A stretch of DNA of 53,713 bases. Origin: Prorocentrum cordatum (Eukaryota). The position numbers and the translations under genes were made by a program. The notes beneath the pieces are model-generated. The model saw nothing but the letters and a program-made list of their open reading frames with translations, was not told the origin of the DNA and searched no databases. The stretch lies in assembly GCA_963575745.1 (NCBI GenBank), contig CAUYUJ010000294.1, positions 62,001 through 115,713 on the forward strand, in the 5' to 3' direction. Shown in pieces: positions 33,601 to 41,832 of the stretch. Every line of letters starts with the position of its first letter. The first letter of the stretch is position 1.

Positions 33601-36600
33601 TCGCCGCCGCGGTCTGAATGAAGCCGATACACGATCCTATTCGGTAAGTTTCCAAATTCAGACCGTATCTGGGCCAAAATTTCTTGGATCTTGGCCGGGG
33701 CCTCGTTTTTCTTGACCAGTAGGGCCACGTAGTACAACGCCTTCACATTGTCATCCGGAGGCTGGTCGGCAGCACCAGGCGGTAAGTCAGCCGCCGGCTG
33801 GGCCATGCCAATTTCTGCCGCACCCTCACCAGGCGGCTCCTTCGGAAACTTCACCGTGAGCACAAGAAAGTAGTGTGCCGGCGAAGACCCAACCTTCTGG
33901 CCTGGCTGCGGGGTGGCCTCGTGCGGGCCGCTGAGGTCCACGCTAGCCACTCCAAGGCTCTGGTTATGGTACCGTCTGTGGTAGTGTTTCCTTTGGGCCG
34001 CCGCTTGCCAGACAGCGTCTCGTTTGTCGTAGGTTTTCGGTTGCACCGCGCCTTCTGGGAGCTCCCCCACGATCCTCGGCACTGCGGGGGCACCAGGCTG
34101 TTCTGGAGGCGGTTGTGGTGCAGCCTGTGGTTCCTGTGGTGGTGCAGCTTGTAGTACTTGAGGTGGTAGTTCCTGTTGTGGTGGAGCCTGTTGTGGTGGA
34201 TCCTGCACTTCGTTCCTCTGCTCCCCCTGTGTCGCCGCCGATGCCAACCCGAAGCGCGGCTTGTGTTGGTTCAGCCACGGGTCGACCAGCCTTGTCCAGA
34301 CATGCAGGTGGCCACGTTGCGCCGCCACTGTCTTCAAGCTGTCCAGAGCTGCGCTGATGGAGTCGACTTTTCGGGATACTCCCTCGTCTGTCCAGCAACC
34401 GGAGGTGGACAAATCCTGCCCCCCCTCCTCCCGATTCATTCGCGGGCGGCCCGATGGCGAAAGACTCCCCCCATCGGCGGTGGTCAGGGGTACTTCGTTG
34501 AGGATGTCGTCGCAGAACTCGTCCGGGTAGGATGCTGATTGCGCTGTCCTGGACCCTCCGGGGCCAGAACCACGAAGGTGCAGGTGGGCATGTGACCCGT
34601 CACACAGCACATCTTGCTGCTGCGACTGGTTCGACTGGAGCTCCGTCCCCTTGCGTATCGGATAGCCTTCAATCGTAGCTCCGCGTTGGCATTGATCGAC
34701 TCGTCTCTTGGACCTGCCAAGGCCCGAAAGAAATCTGAGCGGCGATTCGGCGGAGTCGAATATGTCCGAGAAAGCAGGGTTCTCCAGTACATATTTCCTG
34801 TCCAAGAGTGTCTGCACGAAGCAGCACATTCCAATGAACTGTAATACTGGGAGCTCCGACTGGCGCATGGCAGGGCGCACTTCTGGTGCGAGGCCCCTCG
34901 CGTTCGCGCCCCACGGGTGGCAGTTGGGAGCTGCAAAGAGCATTGCTACTCCGATGAACAGCAGCGCGTGCAGCAAATGCACCTGGTCAACGAAGCGGGA
35001 CAAATTCCAGCCATACCTGTAGTCGACTGGTGGCATATGCGCAACTCCTTGTGCGCGAGCCCTGGTCGACAAGTTGCTGGATCCTGAACACCATTCCCAC
35101 AAACGGAACTTCGGCCCCTCCCCGTGACACCCGAGGGCGGGGGGGAGGAACCACCTCGTGACACCCGAGGGCGGGGAGGTGTCCGAATGTGGTTTTGGGT
35201 ATGAGTCGGCGGGCCTTCGCTCGAGCAGAGTCTGCGCCTGTTGCTCCCCCGGCTGGCACTTCTCCTCAAACCAGTCGGTGAAGGAGTCCGGGCCGACGTG
35301 CTCGGAGGTGTCCTGGTAGTACCTGTCCGGGATGCACTTGTACTTCCTCACCATCTGGGTGACCGTCTTGCTGTCCACCTCGCCTTCGAGATGCTTCAGC
35401 GAGTCGCGGATATCCCGTGTAGTAAGGGCCATCGTGCGCGCCACGCGGGCGCTGCTGACTACCGGAACAGTCGGTTTCCCATCCCTGCCTGGAGCGTCTT
35501 TGTTGGGAAGGTCCTTGAACAAGCGTTTGAATCCTTGCACTGATATGTACGGCAAGCAGCCCCACATATGCACCTCCACACTGTTGCCCTTGGGCGTCTT
35601 CAAGTAGGAGGAACCAATGGCGTACTCGCAGCCACGCGTCCATAGCCATCCCAATGGCAGAAGGTCGATGTTGTCATCTCCAGCCCTCTTCTCCACCCTG
35701 CAGATGGGGACGCCCTTCGGCCCCTGTCCTGTCTGGCACGGGCAGCTCCCCCAGGCGAGTTTCAAGGAGTCGGTCCAGCTGGAGGTCTCCTTGCTCGGCT
35801 CCTGGTGCACCAGGTAAACGTTGGCCCAGCTGTCCAGGCCGACCGCGCCCAGCGGGAACTTGTCTCCTTCAGGGCCGGCAGCGGCCGCGATGCAAGACTT
35901 GCTGGTGGAGCCCGGGCCCTTGTTGCCGTCGTAGCCCTTGCCCCCGCCGTCTTTCTTCCCTTTCGTTTTGCCTTTACCGCCTTTGTCTTGGGCAGCCTTC
36001 TGTTGAGCTTCGTCCCGTCTCTTGCGGTACTCCGTCCAGTTCTTGTCGAAGTCAGGGTCTTTCCCACCGCCAGGGGCCGTGCACTCTTTCGTGCTGTGGC
36101 CCTCTTCTCCACATATGAAACACCGATTCGCATTGGTAGGGATTCCCTCGTGCTTGAAGAAGCAGTTGATGCCTCGACTGCAGGACCCCTTTTTCCAATT
36201 GCGGCACTCCGGTGCCCATTTGGACGTCGTGGTAGAAACCTTCTCCCTGATGCCTGCTGCGGCTTGTGGTGCCGCCGAATCGCCTTGGCCACTGGTGGCA
36301 TCCGCATTCGCCTTGGCAGCTGCGGCTCTCCTTGCCTGCTCCTTCTTCTGGGTCTCCTGTCTCTTCTGGCTCTCCGTGAGAGGCAAGCCTGGGTTGCCGG
36401 TGCTCTTGCCCTGCAGCGCCAAGTACGAAAGCTCCCCCTCGGCGAACTCTGCTACTTTCCTCATGGAAGCGACGCTGATGACCTGTGGCAGGCCCAGGTT
36501 GTTCTCCAAGGCGACCCACCGGAGCCTTAGGTTCTCGTCTGCGTGCGCAAACACTCCAGAGAATATGCTTCGCATAGCTGTATACAAGATGGTCACGTCT

Positions 36601-39443
36601 GGAATTGCCATTCCCAGCTGACGGCATCTCCGGGCAGCCGCCCAGTACTTCTGGAGCTCGTTCAAAGCAGTCTCTGCCTTGGAACAGGGCTGAGGGTCAG
36701 TGAGCTGTTTAAGCACCGACGCCTTCTCATCCGCCGCTCCGGAGCAGCAGAGCTTCAGGAGTAAGTAGAGAATGTCCTGGGCCTCGTCGCGGATCCCCTG
36801 GACACCTCTCTGCGTCAGCTGTTTCTTCAGCTGCTGGGGCAATGAGGCCAAGAGGCGGGGCTTGATCCACGTCTCTATCTGGCACCATTTCTGCTGGTTC
36901 CTCGGCCCCACTGTGATCCCCTCCCTGGTCATGATGGGAGTAGATAGGTATCTGGAATGGGTCTCTTCGGCCGCCTTCCAACACCACACCCACCACTCGA
37001 CCACTGCTGGCCCTGCGGCCTCCAGAATCTGGAACACCGCGTAGCGCCACTTTCGAAGGTGCTCCGGGCGGTCTTGGATCGCCCCGAGCTCCAACACTGG
37101 GAATTCCCCGACACAGGCCTGGACGGCCCGGAGGATGAAGTTCAGCTCGGCTGAAGAGAGACTCGTTGACACCGGGACGACTGTCTCCCCCAGTCCGTGG
37201 GAGCTGCTGCCCTGCCCACCTGTGGGCGCCGCCCCGGCTTGCGGAGCGTGGCTCTGAGGATCTCCCGGTGGAGCTTGTCCAGGGTAGTGGGCGCCATCCC
37301 CTGACCCTCCACCAGCCGACCCTGCGAAGAACGAGAAGACATCATCAAAACATCGTGGAGCTTCTTCATGCTGCGGTGCACGCTGGTGCCATACCTGTAC
37401 GGCCAGACTCGGGTCTCCCGTGCCTCCCAGCAGCATGTGTTCCTGTGTCCTGACGCCTCCTCCCAGAGCTGCGATTCCCCCTCCTCCTTGAGTCCCCACA
37501 GGCCTAGTGTCGAAGGCCGCCAAGGGCAGGTCTTGGAAGGGCGCGAGCCCTGGTGGTACTGGTGCAGTCTGGGATCCTTGACGATGCACTCCTTGCTGCA
37601 GTCTGGAATGCGTGTTGGGGATGTCCCGCTGCGTGTGGGATGCCAGTGCTGCTGCGGTGAGGTCGCCCGGCTGCGCTTGCACAGCCACGCGATCTGCCAG
37701 CGCTGGCACCTGCGGCCCCATTGAGAAGGGGGCTCGTTGTGGATTGGGCAACGACAGTGGTGTCGCTGACGATGCGTCAGTAGTTAACTGATTCACACCC
37801 ATGACATTCTGCCAGAAATCGTCGCCTTCTCCCTGCTCTGTGCCCCCATCCCGGGGTGTGCTACCCGAGCTGAGGACGTAGTTTTGTACTCCCCGGCGCC
37901 CTGGCTCAGCCGCAGTCGGCTGCTCCGCGCCGCCGGAGCACTGGCCAGACACTTGAAGGTTGTGGTCCTCCGTGCCGGGGCTCCAGTAGTCGTTCCAGTT
38001 CTGAACCTCCGCCTCGATCTTATCAAGACGCGCAGCCATCTCTGCCAGCCCTGTGGTGCACGCGTGGTCGGTGCGGGTCACAGCCAGCTCAATGGACTCG
38101 ACTTTCTCGAGTACCTGCTTGAGGATCTCTGGAATGTAGTCGTTGGACGTCTGGGGAACTTGTTCCCGTCCAGGCGGAGGTGCGCGCGCAGACTGCCCCG
38201 TGACACCCGAGGGCGGGGGGACAGCCAACGCGCCTTCCTCGACCGACAGTCCCGTGACACCCGAGGGCGGGGGGACAGCCAGTGCGCCTTCCTCGACCGA
38301 CAGTCCCGTGACACCCGAGGGCGGGGGGACAGCCAGTGCGCCTTCCTCGACCGACAGTCCCGTGACACCCGAGGGCGGGGGGACAGCCAGTGCGCCTTCC
38401 TCGACCGACAGTCCCGTGACACCCGAGGGCGGGGGGACAGCCAGCGCGCCTTCCTCGACCGACAGTCCCGTGACACCCGAGGGCGGGGGGACAGCCAGTG
38501 CGCCTTCGTCTGCTGCAGTGGTGCTGGCCTGAGGCGCGAGCGCAGCCTGCTGCGCCACGCCAGGCACTACTTCTGGCCCCTCTGCAGAGACGAATGATTG
38601 ATCCGCCGTGGAACCGTGCTTCTGAGCGTAGTATGTAGAGCCTGGAAACCCTACACAATCTCCAGTCCGGAGGTGTGGTAGATGACCGGTATTCCTTGAA
38701 TGGCAAGCCAAACAGTGTCCCTCCATCCTTGCCCTCGCAGGGGTCATGGTGATCAAGGGGTTCGGCCTTGCACCAAGAGAATGAGGACGCATCCTCCGCT
38801 TCGAGACTGGCGCTACTGGGTGTGGAGATGGAGGCACCGGCACTTGCAGCGCAGGTGTTGGTACTGCTTGTGCGAGTTCGTCTAACGCTGCGTGTGATGT
38901 AGGTGCCGCCTCTGTTGGGGCGTCTTGGAGAGCCCGTTGGGTGCGGTCGCGGCCCCGAGGGCTGGCACTGGCTACTGCTGCCACTGCGCCACTCGCAAAG
39001 CCCACTGCGGCTCCAGCCACGGCAACGGCAGCTCCCCCCACCGCGGCGCCCACAGCTGTGGAAAGCCCCAGGGCTTGTGTTGCTCTGGTCTTCCAGGTCG
39101 CCAGCTGCTCCACGTAGTAGCGTTTCCACTGCTCCCTCATCTGTTGGTCGTGCTGTTGGGAGTAGTTGACGATGACCTGCCTCATGCACTCGCCGCAGAA
39201 TGGGACGCCCTGGAAGCGCTCCAGCTGCAAGCAAGATGCGTGCCCATAGGACCCGCACTGGCTGCAAGTCACCGGGTCCGTGACCATGGTGTGGCACTTA
39301 GGGCAATCGCACTGGAAGCCCCTGTACGTGCTGAGGTACTCGACGCACTGCAGTGACGTTGGGTTATGAGCCCTCGTATAGCTGCTAGTCGGCCGCGCAG
39401 GCCGGGAAAGAGCTAACACATTCGCAGATACATCTTCCTCCAT
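30624..39443 (-). CDS. Copia Gag-Pol polyprotein, 2939 aa: PHD - Gag(CCCH, CCHC) - PR - C5-MTase-like - IN - RT - RNase H
   Basis: PHD CPKC..CSQC....H..C..CGEC (about 39186-39305). CCCH CRNWKKGSCSRGINCFFKH (about 36150-36206). CCHC CFICGEEGHSTKEC (about 36081-36123). Protease LDSWAN (about 35830). MTase-like (about 34495-35110). Integrase VDLSGP / HSDRGGEF / SNGTAE (about 33250-33960). RT LDVSGAF, YGLRVAPRAW, YVDD (31605-31616). RNase H WSDAGYAG, LSTAEAE, LDNDAA. Confidence 0.97.
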   Translation of the reverse strand: MEEDVSANVLALSRPARPTSSYTRAHNPTSLQCVEYLSTYRGFQCDCPKCHTMVTDPVTCSQCGSYGHASCLQLERFQGVPFCGECMRQVIVNYSQQHDQQMREQWKRYYVEQLATWKTRATQALGLSTAVGAAVGGAAVAVAGAAVGFASGAVAAVASASPRGRDRTQRALQDAPTEAAPTSHAALDELAQAVPTPALQVPVPPSPHPVAPVSKRRMRPHSLGARPNPLITMTPARARMEGHCLACHSRNTGHLPHLRTGDCVGFPGSTYYAQKHGSTADQSFVSAEGPEVVPGVAQQAALAPQASTTAADEGALAVPPPSGVTGLSVEEGALAVPPPSGVTGLSVEEGALAVPPPSGVTGLSVEEGALAVPPPSGVTGLSVEEGALAVPPPSGVTGLSVEEGALAVPPPSGVTGQSARAPPPGREQVPQTSNDYIPEILKQVLEKVESIELAVTRTDHACTTGLAEMAARLDKIEAEVQNWNDYWSPGTEDHNLQVSGQCSGGAEQPTAAEPGRRGVQNYVLSSGSTPRDGGTEQGEGDDFWQNVMGVNQLTTDASSATPLSLPNPQRAPFSMGPQVPALADRVAVQAQPGDLTAAALASHTQRDIPNTHSRLQQGVHRQGSQTAPVPPGLAPFQDLPLAAFDTRPVGTQGGGGIAALGGGVRTQEHMLLGGTGDPSLAVQVWHQRAPQHEEAPRCFDDVFSFFAGSAGGGSGDGAHYPGQAPPGDPQSHAPQAGAAPTGGQGSSSHGLGETVVPVSTSLSSAELNFILRAVQACVGEFPVLELGAIQDRPEHLRKWRYAVFQILEAAGPAVVEWWVWCWKAAEETHSRYLSTPIMTREGITVGPRNQQKWCQIETWIKPRLLASLPQQLKKQLTQRGVQGIRDEAQDILYLLLKLCCSGAADEKASVLKQLTDPQPCSKAETALNELQKYWAAARRCRQLGMAIPDVTILYTAMRSIFSGVFAHADENLRLRWVALENNLGLPQVISVASMRKVAEFAEGELSYLALQGKSTGNPGLPLTESQKRQETQKKEQARRAAAAKANADATSGQGDSAAPQAAAGIREKVSTTTSKWAPECRNWKKGSCSRGINCFFKHEGIPTNANRCFICGEEGHSTKECTAPGGGKDPDFDKNWTEYRKRRDEAQQKAAQDKGGKGKTKGKKDGGGKGYDGNKGPGSTSKSCIAAAAGPEGDKFPLGAVGLDSWANVYLVHQEPSKETSSWTDSLKLAWGSCPCQTGQGPKGVPICRVEKRAGDDNIDLLPLGWLWTRGCEYAIGSSYLKTPKGNSVEVHMWGCLPYISVQGFKRLFKDLPNKDAPGRDGKPTVPVVSSARVARTMALTTRDIRDSLKHLEGEVDSKTVTQMVRKYKCIPDRYYQDTSEHVGPDSFTDWFEEKCQPGEQQAQTLLERRPADSYPKPHSDTSPPSGVTRWFLPPALGCHGEGPKFRLWEWCSGSSNLSTRARAQGVAHMPPVDYRYGWNLSRFVDQVHLLHALLFIGVAMLFAAPNCHPWGANARGLAPEVRPAMRQSELPVLQFIGMCCFVQTLLDRKYVLENPAFSDIFDSAESPLRFLSGLGRSKRRVDQCQRGATIEGYPIRKGTELQSNQSQQQDVLCDGSHAHLHLRGSGPGGSRTAQSASYPDEFCDDILNEVPLTTADGGSLSPSGRPRMNREEGGQDLSTSGCWTDEGVSRKVDSISAALDSLKTVAAQRGHLHVWTRLVDPWLNQHKPRFGLASAATQGEQRNEVQDPPQQAPPQQELPPQVLQAAPPQEPQAAPQPPPEQPGAPAVPRIVGELPEGAVQPKTYDKRDAVWQAAAQRKHYHRRYHNQSLGVASVDLSGPHEATPQPGQKVGSSPAHYFLVLTVKFPKEPPGEGAAEIGMAQPAADLPPGAADQPPDDNVKALYYVALLVKKNEAPAKIQEILAQIRSEFGNLPNRIVYRLHSDRGGEFVNAALADYLKYHAIHFATTQGYDPSSNGTAEASVGVIKPRGRYLLSLNRLPTRWWGMAVLAAAHLSRVDAGEARPPKVPFGTRVMVNLTPAPRNAFLPRALPATCFGPCENIPDALWVYQSGKVVPKVNIQTAGLTQDELVIVKASWDEYETPIAAMPPPQASLFDAAAVDFPEHDHAGNRAPGGPVPASAVLPDESLPEHPPEDLNVEEKPPPVLVRLEELVEQLGNSPQIVPFMEDPSFQAAVASVSSASLPGRPSHRKITIQKVPDDVHRRLAIFPHAAVAMSECSSSHAGPSSVGATGGTWSDTTCSPDHAPVQTDTESDTDFDADEWISGSGLVHITGQSLDEEHAGPDGGDDDSPATEKAVAALPEEQNEEDEEHPLPGTSVLMQPHRRKRFKEKRSVTERMVTVRALLTGAHGEAVDVPPDVVHGLSTEHDVNLMDGPGSVTVPAAEVRETTGREAEQWRAATEKEYVENFVQRNVYRTATEADKRRHGPPLPMKLVYTKKQGGIYRVRAVVCGNFERNDPSQALWTAQAETSSLLAGLRMGLLRGWDFGTLDVSGAFMYAPLPETVLVLVNPPKAFVEAGLVVPGEVWVLQRAVYGLRVAPRAWGKERDRVFRNLTWKAQGKTYCLEQCAEDSQVWKITEKGVNVVLGLLIVYVDDFLLACPQDEMRTNFKEALAKHWTMKQEVKLEAGTEITFLGLQIQRLADGIVLHQKHFIDMILEKHGMSDAKALNTVTMDPPGEEDQPGQDKLRELQSYAGEFNWLSTRTRADLAYFTCLLASALSKHAKWSEQLAKKILRYLKGTRDCGLFLPSGGNEASLVAWSDAGYAGVSTRAQSGVFLSWAGAPLLWRSSRQTVSSLSTAEAELGAAALAWQIVEGIRALLEEWGIELEPIKLLLDNDAALAIAEQGSNWRTRYFGVRASRIQEELLKGRLLLGHEPTKTMVSDALTKLASTDVLENIRKAMRGEYPPPCWTPGATEKPKAA
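34495..35110 (-). other. C5 cytosine DNA methyltransferase-like domain within the polyprotein
   Basis: Motifs in the expected order: I LWEWCSGSS, II/III VDYRYGWNL, IV FAAPNCHPW (Cys at 34920-34922), VI VLENP (34776-34784), VIII VDQCQRG..IRKGT, X AQSASYPDEFCDDI. Confidence 0.8.
38190..38507 (-). repeat. Six 54-bp tandem repeats in gag (EEGALAVPPPSGVTGLSV)
   Basis: Near-identical units with cores at 38200, 38254, 38308, 38362, 38416 and 38470. Confidence 0.95.
39361..39373 (-). promoter_or_regulatory. PBS position: GGGCTCATAACCC, tRNAiMet anticodon-arm sequence in sense orientation
   Basis: Immediately follows (and overlaps by 1 nt) the 5' LTR on the coding strand. It is the reverse complement of the GGTTATGAGCCC-type half-tRNA PBS. 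Confidence 0.6.
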
Positions 39444-40070
39444 CGTTGTATCGTGTGGGAGACAGTTGATGTAGGGATGTGACGATACAGGTTCGTTTTA
39501 CTCGCTCAACTGCTGCAGTCCAGTTGACAGATCTTGAGCCAAATAACGACGGATGCTTTGCCCGTCCTGCTCTCTATGGCAGATTTGCCGCAAGAGCGCT
39601 GCAAGAAATTATATGTTACAACATACTACAAGTACAAGGGGCGAGAAAGGATGCGCGATTATCGTGGCGCCTTTGCGTGCCTTCGCACGCTCTTGTCGCA
39701 CCGGCAATCCCACGGTCGCACCAGCAGACAGATGGTCGCACCAGCAGACAGATGGTCGCACCAGCAGCCAGGTGACGCCACAGCGTCGCGCGCTTCGGGG
39801 AGGTTGCTCAGGTTCTAGCGGAGGAGGGGATACACAAGAAAGAGAAATAGAGAAAGAGATTATGCTACAACGTGCTTTGGCGACAGAGCACTCGTCCCGT
39901 GACACCCGAGGGCGGGGGGACGTTGAGCAACCATCCAGTGACACCCGAGGGCGGATGGACGGTCGCTCAGTAGTGCAAGGCTGCTGCTACGTGATGCTCA
40001 CTCAGAAACGCTCCATGATACAAATCATGCTGACACTTGTATCGTCACATGTTTCGGGGGTCTCTACGCA
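39373..40070 (-). repeat. 5' LTR (698 bp)
   Basis: Copy of 29875-30572. It contains the polyprotein ATG (39443). Confidence 0.97.
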
Positions 40071-40075
40071 AGAAG

Positions 40076-41832
40076 ATGGGCGAATGTTCGGAAACCTGCG
40101 GAGCGTCTTGGAAAGATGCGTAACATACATAACAAGGTCCGTATGTTGAAACGCGCTGGGGGTTACACTCAGAATGGCCTTGAAGCGGCCACTACCCCTG
40201 GAGTTGAGGTCGCTGGCACCAGCGGCACTCAACTTGTTGCAGCTAGGTCGCAGTTTCCTGCTGCCGCGGGCCCGAGACGCTCGACTCGCAGCAGCAGCTT
40301 GGCGTGGCTCATCCTCCAAGACCCCTGTGGAAAGCTACCCTAGGCCCCCCGCCCTTAGGGGGGCAACGTTTAGTTTGGGATGCGTCCACCCGCCCGCTCT
40401 TAGCCGTGGCCAGTTGCCCGCAGCTGTGGGTCTGGACGAAAAACATCCCCCCGATTGTTCCTAAATCGTGGGGTCCCGCCTGGGGCCCCCTCTGTGTGGC
40501 GTCGCTTTCGCGTAAACGTGTTGGTTGGAAAATCCAAGGGCCGTTTCCCTTTGTGACTACCCCAGGTCTTGAGTATTCACTCCCAGGACACATCCCCACC
40601 TTCCTCCGAATGCCCATGGATCACGACTGGCACGGCCAGCTCGCGTCCACGGCGGCCGACAAGTTCGACCACGCGGACGCTCAGCTAGATATCGCTGCTG
40701 CTCGGACTGCCCTCTCGCCAGACCGCGCTGGGCACCAGAATGGCACCCTGCGCACCGACCTCAACCAAAGTATCTGGGCCATGGAAAGAGCCAGAACAGC
40801 TGGATATGAGAAAAATGAATAAAGCAGAGCCACTCACTTCTTGGCTGCGGAGCTTCTGCGTTTACTTGAGCCCCCTCCCCTGGCCCCTCAATTGCAACTT
40901 GGGCCCCCGCTGGTTCCTGAGTTCCGTTGAGCGCCTCCTCTTGGCTCTCGTTTGTCTTTTGGGGAGTTTTTGGTGTGCTCAAGTAGGAAGCAACACACAC
41001 GAGGCCTTCAGCGAAGGGGAAATGTATAAAGATGGCAGTTGCACCAAGCACGCGAACTATGTGCTCAACGCTGCTGGTATCGCTTTTGCGTGTATCAGAG
41101 ATGGTGAAGTTTTTTACCACATTCAGAGGCCGAGGCGGCCAGATTTTTTACTCTGACCGCAAGGGAGTGCTGAGGCTGCATCAAGGCACCGAGTACCCCC
41201 GTGTCCGCCGCCTGGCGGAAGGTAAACATGATGAGGACCGTTTCACGAAGGCAGCTACGCACAAGGGCGTTCAGCCCAGACAAGATGAGATGTGCAATTT
41301 CGATGAATATATGAAGTTTGTTTCTAAGTATCTCAAGTATGTGGCGCAGGCTCTGGGAGAGTGGCTCGTGACCGCCCCCAGCAAGTACAAAGGTCTGGCC
41401 GCCCCAGAAAGGAACCTTACTCCCCCCGCGGGTGCTGCCTCTGCCCTGGCGGCGTGGCCGCCGCCGTCGGTAGGGCATCATCCTCCTCCGTCGCCTGTGC
41501 CTCACGAAGTCTCTTGGGAGCCCAGAGAGCCTTGGGGTATTCACGCGTGGGCGAAAATTTCGCGGTATTCTCGCTGCACTCTGTGTAGGGTACAGACGAA
41601 GTCATTCAAACAGAGTGCAGGCTTTTGCGGCCAAGGAATGACCAGGCCACCACAAGCAGATGTCAAACCTGTGCATGATAATAAAGGCAAAGAATTCTTT
41701 TATTTTGAGCACCTTGAGCAGCCCACGGGTATTCGGGTGTGCCACAAGTGTGGATCCTACTCCGAGGGGTTGGGTCGAGGGCTCACTAGAGGCTACGGCA
41801 CTCGAGTGAGCCACCAAGGCGCGGCCACTTAG
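40076..41832 (+). pseudogene. LINE ORF2 3' part: post-RT region and RNase H remnants
   Basis: NKVRMLKRAG, GTLRTDLNQSIWAMERARTAGY, EMYKDGSCTKHANYVLNAAGIA (like YTDGS...RAG of RNase H) and Cys-rich CTLC / CHKC segments, fragmented across frames. Confidence 0.55.

Larger units (their letters stand above)
29875..40070 (-). mobile_element. Intact Ty1/copia LTR retrotransposon (10,196 bp) encoding a DNA-methyltransferase-like domain
   Basis: 698-bp direct repeats at both ends, AGAAG TSD (29870-29874 and 40071-40075), PPT, and a single ORF with PR-INT-RT-RH order. Confidence 0.97.

Noticed and set aside
30700..39356. Many + strand and alternate-frame ORFs inside the copia element
   Set aside because: They are shadow ORFs of a GC-rich coding sequence with no recognisable motifs.
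39355..39380. tRNA-Met gene
   Set aside because: Only the anticodon arm is present; there is no D arm, T arm or acceptor stem.
29875..40070. Gypsy, DIRS or endogenous-virus classification
   Set aside because: Integrase precedes RT, the RT and RNase H motifs are copia-type, and there is no tyrosine recombinase or env.
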